NCBI GenBank assembly: GCA_031428275.1
Contig: JANPPC010000018.1
Coordinates: forward strand, 25,196-89,195
Origin: Bdellovibrio sp.
Lineage (GTDB): Bacteria; Bdellovibrionota; Bdellovibrionia; Bdellovibrionales; Bdellovibrionaceae
Reading direction: 5' to 3'
Length of the DNA stretch: 64,000 nt
The notes under the pieces are model-generated. The model did not search any database. It was not told the DNA's origin and was given only the letters and a program-made list of their open reading frames with translations. Below are positions 9,122 to 19,474 of the stretch, piece after piece. The stretch's first letter is position 1. Every line of letters begins with the position of its first letter. The position numbers and the translations under genes are program-made.

Positions 9122-10002
9122 AATGGACTCCCTTAAAAATATCTTTACTATTTATCATCGCTCTTTCGCAGCTGTTAATTTTAGCTGGCTATCTTAGCTT
9201 TAAAAATTTGAACAACGTCTTGGGCTCATGGAATAATTCAGCCCATTTAAGCGTTTATTTGAAAACAGATATTCTTGATGAAGAAAGATCTGTCATTGAA
9301 ACAAAGCTAAAGCTTAATACGAATGTTAGTGAAGTCGAATTTATAGGTCGCGAAAAAGCAGCTTCAGAATTTCAAAAATCATTCGGAGAATATTCAGCTG
9401 GTTTATTAAGTATTGATGAATTAATTGATCTGGTCCCCGAAACTTTAGTGGTTAGTCTTAAAAATAATTTAGCGTTGCAAGAGAAAGTTGAAACCTTTAA
9501 CGAGCTTATCAACGAAACTAAAAACTTAGCCGGTATTGAAGAATTATCTTATGGCGGCGATTGGCTACTTAAATTTTCGAAATTAGATCGTACATTAAAA
9601 TCAATTGGCGCATTTATCTTAGCCATTATATTGCTATCGGTCAGTTTTCTATCGGCACTGATGGTACGTATTTTGATCGAAGACGCAAAAGCCGAACTTG
9701 AGGTTTATACATTGATCGGAGCTACTCGCTGGTTTGTGTACAGAATCTTTCTTCGCGAAATGCTGGCTTTTTTGATCTTAAGCCTAGCCCTTTCGTTTAC
9801 TATTCTTTTCAGCCTTTACGTTTATTTAAAAGAAGTTTTTTTAGTGAAAAACATGACCCTAAACTTTGCTGAGCGGCTGGTATTCATATCACCGTTTGAA
9901 ATTGGCGTTTTTTGCTTGATCGTTTCTAGTTTTATACTAATAAGCTCGTTCATTGCGCTTAAAACAACTATTAAACGATTAAATCAGTTTTCATATGATT
10001 AA
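9118..10002 (+). CDS. ftsX: Cell division permease FtsX
   Basis: Four-TM topology with a large periplasmic loop and LIGATRWFV motif; ATGA-coupled to ftsE. Confidence 0.85.
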   Translation: MKWTPLKISLLFIIALSQLLILAGYLSFKNLNNVLGSWNNSAHLSVYLKTDILDEERSVIETKLKLNTNVSEVEFIGREKAASEFQKSFGEYSAGLLSIDELIDLVPETLVVSLKNNLALQEKVETFNELINETKNLAGIEELSYGGDWLLKFSKLDRTLKSIGAFILAIILLSVSFLSALMVRILIEDAKAELEVYTLIGATRWFVYRIFLREMLAFLILSLALSFTILFSLYVYLKEVFLVKNMTLNFAERLVFISPFEIGVFCLIVSSFILISSFIALKTTIKRLNQFSYD

Positions 10003-10891
10003 CTTTTTAGTGGCCGCAATTATATTAAACGCATTTGGCGCGTTCGAGGCAGCCGGGTCTGAGCGTGTCGAACAGCAAATCAACGAGACAATTGATAATT
10101 TAGCCCATCTAGATGCAGAAAAAGCTTTGCTTGAACAAAGTATTGCAGATCTTGAGTCTAAAATTCGCGAACGTAAAAAAATTCTTAATAAACGAACGCG
10201 CGCCTTATCTTATTTGCAACGGTTTCAGTGGGGCGGCTTGTTGTCGGCAGATCAACCTTACCTGATTGAAAGAAATCTTAAGGTCGTTGATCGATTAAAT
10301 AAATATGATCTGGCCTTATTTCGCGAATATAAAGCGTCGCTAAAATCACTAGCGTTTTCGCGAACTGATTTATCTCGTACTCAAAAAAAATTACAAACTA
10401 TTATTGCCGAACTGCAGCGACAGCAAAATGAATTAAATCAAAGTGATGATCTACGCAAGAAAGTTTTGGTCGATACGAACAAGAATTCATTACTAAAATT
10501 AAAAGGCGAACTAACCCGGCCTTTAGTTGGTATGCCGATTCTACCCTTTGGCTCAAAGCCCGATAAACAAAACCAATACGTGCTTGTCAGCAAAGGCTTG
10601 CTGTATGGGGCCGAAAAGGGCCAAGCAATCAGAGCGGCCGGTCCAGGAGTAGTTATTTTTCGTGACCACCTTACCCACTGGCGCGAAACTTTAATAGTAC
10701 AACACGACGATAACTATTACTCAGTCTATGCCGGGGTTATAGGAAATCAAAAAGGCGAATCTAAAAAAGTTCAAAGCGCAGTTGAAAAAGGTGAAATAAT
10801 TGGTTTCACCAGCGGACCTGAATTTTATTTCGAGCTTCGCCATTTTGAAAATCCAATTAATCCGACACAATGGTTTAAGGAGTCTCTATGA
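9995..10891 (+). CDS. envC: Murein hydrolase activator EnvC-like (coiled coil plus degenerate M23)
   Basis: Signal peptide, coiled coil, C-terminal M23-like domain (IVQHDDNYYSVYA, YFELRH); follows ftsEX. Confidence 0.75.
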   Translation: MINFLVAAIILNAFGAFEAAGSERVEQQINETIDNLAHLDAEKALLEQSIADLESKIRERKKILNKRTRALSYLQRFQWGGLLSADQPYLIERNLKVVDRLNKYDLALFREYKASLKSLAFSRTDLSRTQKKLQTIIAELQRQQNELNQSDDLRKKVLVDTNKNSLLKLKGELTRPLVGMPILPFGSKPDKQNQYVLVSKGLLYGAEKGQAIRAAGPGVVIFRDHLTHWRETLIVQHDDNYYSVYAGVIGNQKGESKKVQSAVEKGEIIGFTSGPEFYFELRHFENPINPTQWFKESL

Positions 10892-12243
10892 AGAAGCATA
10901 TAATAACCCTGTCGCTATTTGCGGGCTTAATCGCATTCGGCGGTAAACCCCTGATCGCTTTTGCGCAAGATCGCTACAGCGATTTGCAAAACTTCAGTAA
11001 AATTTTAAACTTGGTTCAGCAATATTATGTCGAAGAAGTAGATACCAAGAAGCTAGTGAACGGCGCTATCAAAGGTATGTTACGCGAATTAGATCCGCAT
11101 ACGAACTATATGCCACCCGAAATTTTTAAAGACTTCGAAACTGAAACAGCTGGCGAATTCGGTGGTTTAGGTATCGAGATTTCAATTCAAAATGGAATTT
11201 TAACGATTATATCTCCGATTGAAGACACACCCGCGTGGATTGCAGGTATTAAGCCCGGAGATAAAATTGTGGCCATCGACGGCCAATCAACTAAAGGCTT
11301 TAGCCTAGTTGAGGCTTCCGCACTTCTAAAAGGTAAGCGCGGTTCAAGCTCAACCCTATCTGTAATCCGTGACGGTCAAGAAAAGCCGATGGATTTCTTA
11401 ATCACTCGCGGCAATGTAAAAATTAAATCAATTAAGCCGACAGTTCTAGATGACGGCTTCGTTTACATCAAAGTTACAAGCTTTATTGAAAACACCAGCG
11501 CTGACCTTGAAAAAGCTTTAGCTGATTTCAGAAAACGCAGTAACGGAAAAATCGAAGGTATCTTAATTGATCTTCGAAAGAATCCGGGTGGTTTACTTGA
11601 ACAGGCGATCAAAGTCAGTGACCTCTTCTTAAAAGAAGGAATTATCGTCAGCACGATAGGCCGTGATCCTAAGAATAAAGAAGTCACTTACGCGACAAAA
11701 AAAGCACAATACGCAGATATTCCGATTGTTATTTTAATTAATGAATTTTCGGCCAGCGCCAGCGAAATTGTTGCGGGTGCATTACAAGATAACAAGCGCG
11801 CCGTCATCGTGGGCGAGCGCAGTTTTGGTAAAGGCTCGGTTCAGTCAGTTATTAAACTTGGGGACGGCAGCGGGTTAAAGTTAACCGTGGCGCGCTATTA
11901 CACTCCAAGCGGGGTTTCAATTCAATCTGAAGGCATCAAGCCGGATATCGAAATTGAAGATGTTGATGCTGAGGTTTTCGCGAAGGCTGTTAACAAATCA
12001 AAGTCTTTCCGCGAAAAAGATATATCTGGGCATTTGAAGAGCGACAAAGAAAAGTTAGCCGACAAGAAAAACACGACTGTCCCTACGATGGATAAAAATG
12101 CCGTGGCTTGGTGGAAAGATATCGGAAGTAAAAAAGATTCTGAGTTAAGTGATAAAGAAAAACTATTTAAATCTGATTATCAGGCCTACCAAGCATATAG
12201 CTACTTACGCGCCTGGAAGACTTTAAAAGGCATGATCAAATAG
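10888..12243 (+). CDS. ctpA: S41 carboxy-terminal processing protease
   Basis: FGGLGIEI PDZ, DLRKNPGGLL, SASASEIVAGALQD and FGKGSVQ. Confidence 0.92.
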   Translation: MKKHIITLSLFAGLIAFGGKPLIAFAQDRYSDLQNFSKILNLVQQYYVEEVDTKKLVNGAIKGMLRELDPHTNYMPPEIFKDFETETAGEFGGLGIEISIQNGILTIISPIEDTPAWIAGIKPGDKIVAIDGQSTKGFSLVEASALLKGKRGSSSTLSVIRDGQEKPMDFLITRGNVKIKSIKPTVLDDGFVYIKVTSFIENTSADLEKALADFRKRSNGKIEGILIDLRKNPGGLLEQAIKVSDLFLKEGIIVSTIGRDPKNKEVTYATKKAQYADIPIVILINEFSASASEIVAGALQDNKRAVIVGERSFGKGSVQSVIKLGDGSGLKLTVARYYTPSGVSIQSEGIKPDIEIEDVDAEVFAKAVNKSKSFREKDISGHLKSDKEKLADKKNTTVPTMDKNAVAWWKDIGSKKDSELSDKEKLFKSDYQAYQAYSYLRAWKTLKGMIK

Positions 12244-12244
12244 T

Positions 12245-13105
12245 TTATAAGCCTAAAGCTGCATTGAACTTTAAAAGTCTTTGCAGCGTTAGTTCTTGAA
12301 TTTTTTCTCGCTCGGGCTTCAGCTCTTCATGTCGTAAGCCCTGAGAAGTCATAAAAGCACAAATCGAATGACCAAAGTCTTCGTTCGACATTGATGAGTC
12401 ATGTTGAAATTCTATTTCATATTTTCGTTGCACGAAGCTAGTTCCGATAAAATCGTCAGCCTCAGTTATCGAAATTTCAATGTCTTTGAAGCCTAAATCT
12501 TTGGTTAGCGTCCACTTTATTTTTTTCGTTAAATGACTGGCGGTAAAGTACCAGCTAGTATTTTTTGGCACCGCTGTTAGTTTTTCTAGCAACGGCACCT
12601 TTAGATCAAGTAGCCACTTATGAAAGATTTCTATTTCGACGGCAACTTTTTTAGAATCTGTCGTATTAAATAAATCTAGTAAACCCACGACCGAATCTTC
12701 AAATTTCTTACGCTGCATTGTATTCAAAGTAAGTTCTCCGACCGATTTCTTTTTAACCTTGAAAGACCAGCCCTCTGGGCAAGACATGACATCAATTGAA
12801 ATTTTAGTATTGGCTTGTAAAGTGGCTTTTGCGACTTCAGATTTAAGTCGAAACTTGTACATATCTGGATTTGGAATTAATAAAAACTGCTGGCCATCAT
12901 AGATATCGGCATAGTAGTCGGTGCGCATTTCAGAAGAAAAATTGTTAGTTTTTAAAATTCTTTGCGCGGCCATCTCTTCTAAATTAAAACCCGCTTCAGT
13001 CTGAGTTTTTATTCTGCTATTCGGCTTCGCATTTGATGTCGAACAGGTTAACAATGCAAACGTACAGCTAAAAACAGCGATTGCTTGTAAATAATTTTTA
13101 ATCAT
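12245..13105 (-). CDS. Exported protein, possible CYTH/triphosphate-tunnel fold
   Basis: N-terminal signal; TDYYAD...KFRLK and YEIEF resemble CYTH motifs. The fold call is inference. Confidence 0.5.
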   Translation of the reverse strand: MIKNYLQAIAVFSCTFALLTCSTSNAKPNSRIKTQTEAGFNLEEMAAQRILKTNNFSSEMRTDYYADIYDGQQFLLIPNPDMYKFRLKSEVAKATLQANTKISIDVMSCPEGWSFKVKKKSVGELTLNTMQRKKFEDSVVGLLDLFNTTDSKKVAVEIEIFHKWLLDLKVPLLEKLTAVPKNTSWYFTASHLTKKIKWTLTKDLGFKDIEISITEADDFIGTSFVQRKYEIEFQHDSSMSNEDFGHSICAFMTSQGLRHEELKPEREKIQELTLQRLLKFNAALGL

Positions 13106-14319
13106 TTATTCAAACCTTTAATGATAAACAAATAATTTCTAGAAAACTCTGGCGCTGCATCGCCTAAGCCAAAATCGTTATCATTAACAATGACTAATTC
13201 ATTACCAGGCAAGGCCGATAAACCTTCAAGTTTTTCATACGAACTTAAGCTTGAGGCTGTTAGATTAGCATAATCAATTTTCTTAACTGTTTTAGCGGCC
13301 GATGGTATTTTCCACTGCGCATCTGAATTTAAAGATTCATTTGCAAGGTTAGTGGCCTTGGCTAGATCGATTGCGAAAACTTTCTGCCAAGATTTTTTTT
13401 CGACTTTGCCATTTTGCTCTAGTACTAGAATTTGCCCGCTGTCTGATATCGTTGCCGCGCCAATTTTTCCGCCGTAAATACTAAGGGGGTAAAGGTAGAC
13501 GCCGATTACTTTTTGGGTAGAAGGGTCAAATTCAATAATCGGAGAAACATCGCTACGCGATTGCGACGGAATTTCGCTTTGTAAAAACGCCAACAAAGTT
13601 TTTTGCCGAGTCCATACTAAAGCTTCAAATCCGCGGTTCAATTTTCGTTCAGCTAAGAAAGCCGGAAGACTACCTACGCCACCACGCAAGTTTCTTTCTT
13701 TAAGTTCTTTAGGGTACCAACGCTGAATAATTTCGCCCGAGCTTTTGAGCTTAAGAATGGATGGCCCATACTCTTCACTTACCCAAAAATGACCGTCTTC
13801 ATCTCGGGCCAAACCTTCGGGGTCAAGGCCCCAGGGGTTTACTTTCAAGACCTTCTGATTTTCATCTACCGGAGTTTCGTCAAAATATTGATCTGTCATA
13901 TTGGGGTCAACATTCGGTAAACCACTTATCTTATCGCCTTTTTTAGTGATTAGAATAGTCTGCAGCAGCTGCGCAGAATTAGTTTTTTTCGAGTAAGAAA
14001 TCTTAAGAATCTGTGGTGTATAGTCTGCGTATAAGAAAACTCGCTGTGGTTTTTTTTTAGTGCCTTGTTCTTTACCATTGGGGCCTCGGTCCGTGATCGA
14101 ATAGAAAATAAGGGTTTCATTACTTGATTCAGCAGCGCTGAATACTAAATCAGACAAGCCGCCTAGTTGAACTGCGCCCGCTGTTGTTTTAAAAAGAGGC
14201 CGTTCACTTAAAATATCAATACGATCGATACTTTGTGGCAAATTTAAAGCAGGTCTATGCGAACATGAAAATAATAAAAATACCGCTGAAAGAATGATCA
14301 ATTTTGAAACTTTATTCAT
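13102..14319 (-). CDS. Esterase-like activity of phytase family lipoprotein
   Basis: Lipobox LFSC; GGLSDL, TDRGP, DPEGL, SEEYGP, NRGFEAL, KLEGL and NDNDFG. Confidence 0.85.
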   Translation of the reverse strand: MNKVSKLIILSAVFLLFSCSHRPALNLPQSIDRIDILSERPLFKTTAGAVQLGGLSDLVFSAAESSNETLIFYSITDRGPNGKEQGTKKKPQRVFLYADYTPQILKISYSKKTNSAQLLQTILITKKGDKISGLPNVDPNMTDQYFDETPVDENQKVLKVNPWGLDPEGLARDEDGHFWVSEEYGPSILKLKSSGEIIQRWYPKELKERNLRGGVGSLPAFLAERKLNRGFEALVWTRQKTLLAFLQSEIPSQSRSDVSPIIEFDPSTQKVIGVYLYPLSIYGGKIGAATISDSGQILVLEQNGKVEKKSWQKVFAIDLAKATNLANESLNSDAQWKIPSAAKTVKKIDYANLTASSLSSYEKLEGLSALPGNELVIVNDNDFGLGDAAPEFSRNYLFIIKGLNK

Positions 14320-14438
14320 ATTAACCCCTATTCATTTATAGTGCGGCTTAAATGCCACTACAAATACATTGTGCTGCTTTATAAAACCCTAACTAAATCC
14401 TAACAAAAGAATTTTAATTTTCTTTTATAGTCATTTTC

Positions 14439-15224
14439 ATGAGGATTTGCTTGTTTAGTCTTATTCTAACCTTAAGTGCGATTTGTGCAAATGCTCAAAT
14501 TTCAACGAGTGACATCGTACTTACGCTTAAGCCTGCTTCGATCTCACGCTGGGGAGCAAAAATTGAAACAGACGCAAAAACGACGCGCGACAAACAAAAC
14601 ACAATAGACGGCTTCAGTACCGAAACAGATTTTCAACTTCACCAAATGTTTAACGAAGTTTGGGGAATTGTCGGCGGGGTGCGCCTGGTAAATGAAAGCC
14701 GTGACGAAAAAAAAGGTGGTTTTCATTTCGATGAAGCTTCCATGGGAATTCGAAATGTCATTTTTTTAGGTGATACAAAATGGCGAAGCCAGTTCACTTA
14801 CGACTATCTTCTTTTAGATGAAGACCAAAAAAGTAATTCACGTCGCGGCGCACTTTCTGCCGATCTTCGCGCCAGCATGTACTTAGGTTTTTGGGGTAAA
14901 TTACGCTTGAAGTTAAAACACAGCGAATATTTACCCAACCAAGATGTAGGCATTGAAATAAGACAAACTAAGCTTGAGCTTTCGCCGTCTTTAATTTTTA
15001 AAAAGCTTTCGACGGGTGTGAAGAATAAAATTTCTCATCTATGGACTGATAGAACTGAATATAACACGGTCGACGTAGGCCCCTTTGTTCGTTATGAGGG
15101 CGAAAGCTTCGAGCCCCTATTTAAAATCATGTACCGACCGATCGATAAATCAAAAAGTATGATCATCGCCGATAACTGGCAATCTAAACCAGTTTATTCT
15201 GTCGAAGTCGAAATGAAGTTTTAA
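14439..15224 (+). CDS. Exported protein, probable outer-membrane beta-barrel
   Basis: Signal peptide, amphipathic beta pattern and C-terminal Phe. Confidence 0.6.
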   Translation: MRICLFSLILTLSAICANAQISTSDIVLTLKPASISRWGAKIETDAKTTRDKQNTIDGFSTETDFQLHQMFNEVWGIVGGVRLVNESRDEKKGGFHFDEASMGIRNVIFLGDTKWRSQFTYDYLLLDEDQKSNSRRGALSADLRASMYLGFWGKLRLKLKHSEYLPNQDVGIEIRQTKLELSPSLIFKKLSTGVKNKISHLWTDRTEYNTVDVGPFVRYEGESFEPLFKIMYRPIDKSKSMIIADNWQSKPVYSVEVEMKF

Positions 15225-15270
15225 CCGGGCCCATGCCCCTTACGTATCGGGGATCTGCCCACCCAAATAA

Positions 15271-15296
15271 AAAAGGAAGCTTTGCAGCTTCCTTTT
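15271..15296. terminator. Bidirectional intrinsic terminator between convergent genes
   Basis: aaaaggaagct-ttgc-agcttcctttt hairpin with A/T runs on both sides. Confidence 0.8.
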
Positions 15297-15321
15297 GATT
15301 AAAAAATTTCTAATTCACCAA

Positions 15322-16635
15322 CTAATTAGCTTCTTCTTTGATATCTTTGCCGTCTACTTCTTTAATTTTAGCTTTATCAGTTAACATCTTGATCACTTTT
15401 TCTTCAGTGATCATGTAAGTCATGCGGCTCATTTGTTCTGGTTTTGCATACCATTCTTTGATGCGCTCAAGCTCGATATTTGTTTGCTTCGAGTACTCTT
15501 CGAATTTTGCATCTATATCTTCTTTAGTGCAGATCAAGTTGTGCTCTTGCGCTAGTTTGTCGATTAAGAAGCTAGACTGAATCATCTCAGCCGCAGTTTT
15601 ACCGAAATCTGCATCCCACTTTTGAACGTAATCTTCGTATTCGCCAGCTTGCATACCTTGCTCAGTCATACGTTTTTTGAAATCTTCAATTAACGCCGCT
15701 TTTTGATCTTTCAATAAAGAGGCCGGCACATCAACTGGGTTAGCTTGAACTAATTTTTTCAATAAACGATTTTTGAAAGAATCTTCGATACGTTTTTTAT
15801 CAGTTTGCTCCATGTCAGCAACAACTGTCTTTTTGAAATCTTCTAAAGTTTGGTTAATACCAACTTCTTTTAAAAGATCATCAGTCAATGCTGGCAATTC
15901 TTTACGTTTTAAACCCTTTAAAGTTACTTTGAACTCAACTGGTTTACCTTCTAAAGCAGCTGCGTGATACGGAGTCGGAAACTTTAAACTTAACGATTTG
16001 TTTTCGCCGATTTTCATTCCGACGATACCTTGCTCGTAGCCTTCGATGAATTGATTTGAGCCTAATTCAAGATTTTGATCACGGCCCGCGCCATTTTCTA
16101 AAGGCTTACCGTCGACGAAACCATCAAAATCAATCACAGCCGTGTCGCCCAATGCCGCTGCACGGTTATCTAGTACGTCTACGTAGTTTGCTTTTGAAGC
16201 GCGAACGTTTTCTAAGACTTGCTCAACTTTTTTAGGATCAGCAAGAAGTTTTTCTTTATCAACTTCTAAGCCTTCCCATTTCTTAACTTTAACTTCGGGG
16301 CGAACGTCAAAGATTGCAGAGAACGAAAAATCTTTCGCTTCCGATGGGTCTTCAAATTCGAACTCAGGGTAATTGATTGGATCAATTGCTTGGTCTTTTA
16401 AAGCAGTTGGGTACGTTGAAGTAATAAGTTCTTGAGCAACGTCACCAGACACACGGTCTTTGTACATTGTTTTAATCGTTGCAATCGGAGCTTTACCTTT
16501 ACGGAAACCCTTAATCTCAACAGTGCGTTGAATTTGTTGATAAACTTTCTCGAAAGTTGATTTGACGGTTGCTTGTGGGATTTCAACATTTAATTTACGT
16601 TGTAAACCTTCAGTTACTTGTATTTGCGCTTTCAC
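15322..16635 (-). CDS. tig: Trigger factor
   Basis: GFRKGKAP ribosome-binding loop and FKBP domain (IDFDG, FIEGYE). Confidence 0.96.
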   Translation of the reverse strand: MKAQIQVTEGLQRKLNVEIPQATVKSTFEKVYQQIQRTVEIKGFRKGKAPIATIKTMYKDRVSGDVAQELITSTYPTALKDQAIDPINYPEFEFEDPSEAKDFSFSAIFDVRPEVKVKKWEGLEVDKEKLLADPKKVEQVLENVRASKANYVDVLDNRAAALGDTAVIDFDGFVDGKPLENGAGRDQNLELGSNQFIEGYEQGIVGMKIGENKSLSLKFPTPYHAAALEGKPVEFKVTLKGLKRKELPALTDDLLKEVGINQTLEDFKKTVVADMEQTDKKRIEDSFKNRLLKKLVQANPVDVPASLLKDQKAALIEDFKKRMTEQGMQAGEYEDYVQKWDADFGKTAAEMIQSSFLIDKLAQEHNLICTKEDIDAKFEEYSKQTNIELERIKEWYAKPEQMSRMTYMITEEKVIKMLTDKAKIKEVDGKDIKEEAN

Positions 16636-16744
16636 GGGTATCTCCTTAAAATTTGTTAGCTTCTACCAAAACTTACGTGCTACTTTAGTTTTGAATTTGA
16701 AACTAATATGTCACGCAAATTAGGGTACTTTTTAGGCAAATGCA

Positions 16745-17620
16745 ATGGTAAAAAAAGCTCATTTTATTACAGGTAAAGGTGGAGTCGGCAAATCGCTGAT
16801 TTCAGCGGTTTTAGCCAGGCATTTAAGCCAAACGCCAGACCATGGTAGTGAACAAATCCTATTAGCCGAGCTAAACGAACACAGCTTCTTTCAAGACTAT
16901 TTAAAATTGAAGAAAATTTCCTACAAACCAAGCAAGTGGGTCGAAGACGTCGACGTCAGCCAGTGGAGCCCGCAAGATTGTTTGAAAGAATACGCCCTGC
17001 ACTTACTGAAGGTCGAAACCCTGTATAAACTTTTCTTTGAAAACCCCGTTTCACGCAGCTTGATACAAGTAGCACCTGGCTTACAAGAACTAGCCTTACT
17101 GGGCAAAGTGACATCTTCCCCGCGTAGCCACGGACCGACTATGAAATATGACCAACTGGTTATAGATTCGTTTGCGACCGGGCATTTCCTAAGTTTATTT
17201 CGCGCGCCCGCAGCCATGGCCGAAGCCATTCAGTTCGGTCCGATGGGCGAGCAATCTAGAGGAATCGATAAATGGATTCGAGACCACGACTTTGCCCGAC
17301 TGCATATCGTCACGCTTGCTGAAGAATTACCAATCACCGAAACGATCGAACTTTACCAAACTTTGAAAAAAGAATTTGGTTTAACGGCTGCGGTTTACTT
17401 AAATAAAATGACCGGATTAGAAAAATCAGATTTAGCAAAATTGAAACCTGAGGTTTCAGAAATCATGGCTGGTATTATCGAAAATGAAAGATTGGCCGTT
17501 AAAAAATTAACGGATGCAAAAATTAAATTCATTGAATTACCTCTTATAAGTTCGCTAGATCCAGAGGTCTTGATCAGTAAGCTAACCGAAGTTTTCGCGG
17601 CCAAAAAGGTTCATGCATGA
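16745..17620 (+). CDS. ArsA/Get3-like ATPase (first of pair)
   Basis: GKGGVGKS, APGLQELALLGK and DSFATGH. Confidence 0.85.
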   Translation: MVKKAHFITGKGGVGKSLISAVLARHLSQTPDHGSEQILLAELNEHSFFQDYLKLKKISYKPSKWVEDVDVSQWSPQDCLKEYALHLLKVETLYKLFFENPVSRSLIQVAPGLQELALLGKVTSSPRSHGPTMKYDQLVIDSFATGHFLSLFRAPAAMAEAIQFGPMGEQSRGIDKWIRDHDFARLHIVTLAEELPITETIELYQTLKKEFGLTAAVYLNKMTGLEKSDLAKLKPEVSEIMAGIIENERLAVKKLTDAKIKFIELPLISSLDPEVLISKLTEVFAAKKVHA

Positions 17621-18687
17621 TACAGATAGCTGCACAAACTAAAACTCTCATTTGTATCGGCACAGGCGGCGTTGGTAAAACGACGATGGCTGCATCAATG
17701 GGCGTAGGCTTCGCTTCAGAAGGTAAAAAAGTTTTAGTTCTAACAATCGATCCGTCAAAACGTTTAGCCCAGGCACTGGGAATTAAAATGGACGGCGACC
17801 CGCATAAAGTCGAAATCAAAAAATCAAAATCTGGCGGAGAACTTTGGGCCTGCGTTGTGAATCACGAAAAGACATTCGAATACTTTATTCGTCACGCCGC
17901 TAGCCAGTTTGCAGAGGGCAAAAAAGTCTCGGAAGAAAAATTAGCGCAGCTTTTAGATAATAAACTTTACCACCAACTTTCGGGTCGCTTAAGTGGTTCA
18001 CAAGAATTTACGTCACTGATTACTTTGAATCGTTATGTTACAAGCGGCGAATACGATTTAGTTATTTTAGATACGCCCCCGTCTCAACACACATGGAATT
18101 TTCTGCGCGCACCCGAAAAAATTTCGGCGCTGTTTAATGAAGGAATTGCTAAATGGTTTCGTGAAGCCGACAGTGGTCGCACAAGTCTATTTAAAAAAAT
18201 TGTCAACGCCGGTACTTCTCAGGTGTTAAAGGCGCTTGAGCTATTAACAGGTTCGCAGTTTATCAAAGAACTTTCGGCATTCTTCCAGGCGATTCAAAAA
18301 TGGCAAAAGCCCCTAGAAGAATATATTTTGAACTGCCACCGCCTTTTGATTTCTGCGCAAACTGAGTTTATTCTTGTAACGGCCCTAGACCCCTCAAGAC
18401 TGAGCGAAGCTCAAAAACTAAGCCGCGAAATTCGCACCCAGGGTTATAAATTAACTACTGTTGTAATCAACCGCATTCCGGCCTGGCTATCAACACCAGT
18501 AGACACAGACTCAAAACGAATTAAAAACTTAGTGACCTACTATCAAAGTCTTGAAATCGACTTACAAAGCCGCCTGGCACAATTCAAAACTCAACTGAAA
18601 GTATACAAATGCTACGAGTTAAGACAGAATACTGAAGATGTGCATAGCCTTCAAAAAAACTTCGACGAATTGGTTTCGCTTAATTAG
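17617..18687 (+). CDS. ArsA/Get3-like ATPase (second of pair)
   Basis: GTGGVGKTT, TIDPSKRLA and LDTPP; ATGA-coupled to the first gene. Confidence 0.85.
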   Translation: MIQIAAQTKTLICIGTGGVGKTTMAASMGVGFASEGKKVLVLTIDPSKRLAQALGIKMDGDPHKVEIKKSKSGGELWACVVNHEKTFEYFIRHAASQFAEGKKVSEEKLAQLLDNKLYHQLSGRLSGSQEFTSLITLNRYVTSGEYDLVILDTPPSQHTWNFLRAPEKISALFNEGIAKWFREADSGRTSLFKKIVNAGTSQVLKALELLTGSQFIKELSAFFQAIQKWQKPLEEYILNCHRLLISAQTEFILVTALDPSRLSEAQKLSREIRTQGYKLTTVVINRIPAWLSTPVDTDSKRIKNLVTYYQSLEIDLQSRLAQFKTQLKVYKCYELRQNTEDVHSLQKNFDELVSLN

Positions 18688-19474
18688 TGCGTTTGCTTTG
18701 TCGATTGCATTGGCCAGCTGTAGTTTCTTTTCTCATCGTGAAGATGCCCAGCCAATGACTGAGCGTGAGTACGCCTTCGAAAAAGGCAAAGCCCTGTTCG
18801 ACGCTCAAGAATATGAATATGCGTTACCGTTTTTCTTAAAAATTTCAAGACAACCCGTAAATTTAAGAGACGACTTATACGAAAAGTCATTATGGAATCT
18901 TTCGGTGATCTTTGAGAAAATGGGCTCGCCTGAAAAAGCTCTACTTACTTTACAAGAACTTAAAAAGACAAATCAACGATACTATTCGCTATTTAAAATC
19001 CAGCTAGCTGAAATGAAAAATAATTTTCGCGTAGGTAATAACTATCAAGCCTACGAAGTTCGAAAACAGATTGATGATAGCCAGCCGCTAAGTAGATATC
19101 AGTTAACCGATGTCTATTCAGATCTAGTCACTACCACCCAGCTTAACTACGATCGCTTGATCATGGAAGAGATTGAATTTATTAGCGAAACACAAAAGTA
19201 CTTTGTCTATGTCATGGAAAGTAATCAGTCTCCGATCAACACGCAGGCCACTGAACTAATGATCGCTATTAGCGATCGCACTTATGGTTTACTTTATAAA
19301 GAGAACTTAGATTCTAAGTTCAGACGTAAAATTGCAGAATCGCTTCTAGACTTCTTACGCCGTTTTGATCGTTATAAAATAGACGATCTTAACTTAAACT
19401 TAAATACAATTTCAAAATTTTCAATTTATTCAGAAAAAAAGCAAAAACAAATTACGGAATGGCTACACAAATGA
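18638..19474 (+). CDS. Lipoprotein with TPR-like N-terminus
   Basis: Lipobox LASC followed by helical TPR-like repeats; start position uncertain. Confidence 0.7.
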   Translation: MCIAFKKTSTNWFRLISAFALSIALASCSFFSHREDAQPMTEREYAFEKGKALFDAQEYEYALPFFLKISRQPVNLRDDLYEKSLWNLSVIFEKMGSPEKALLTLQELKKTNQRYYSLFKIQLAEMKNNFRVGNNYQAYEVRKQIDDSQPLSRYQLTDVYSDLVTTTQLNYDRLIMEEIEFISETQKYFVYVMESNQSPINTQATELMIAISDRTYGLLYKENLDSKFRRKIAESLLDFLRRFDRYKIDDLNLNLNTISKFSIYSEKKQKQITEWLHK

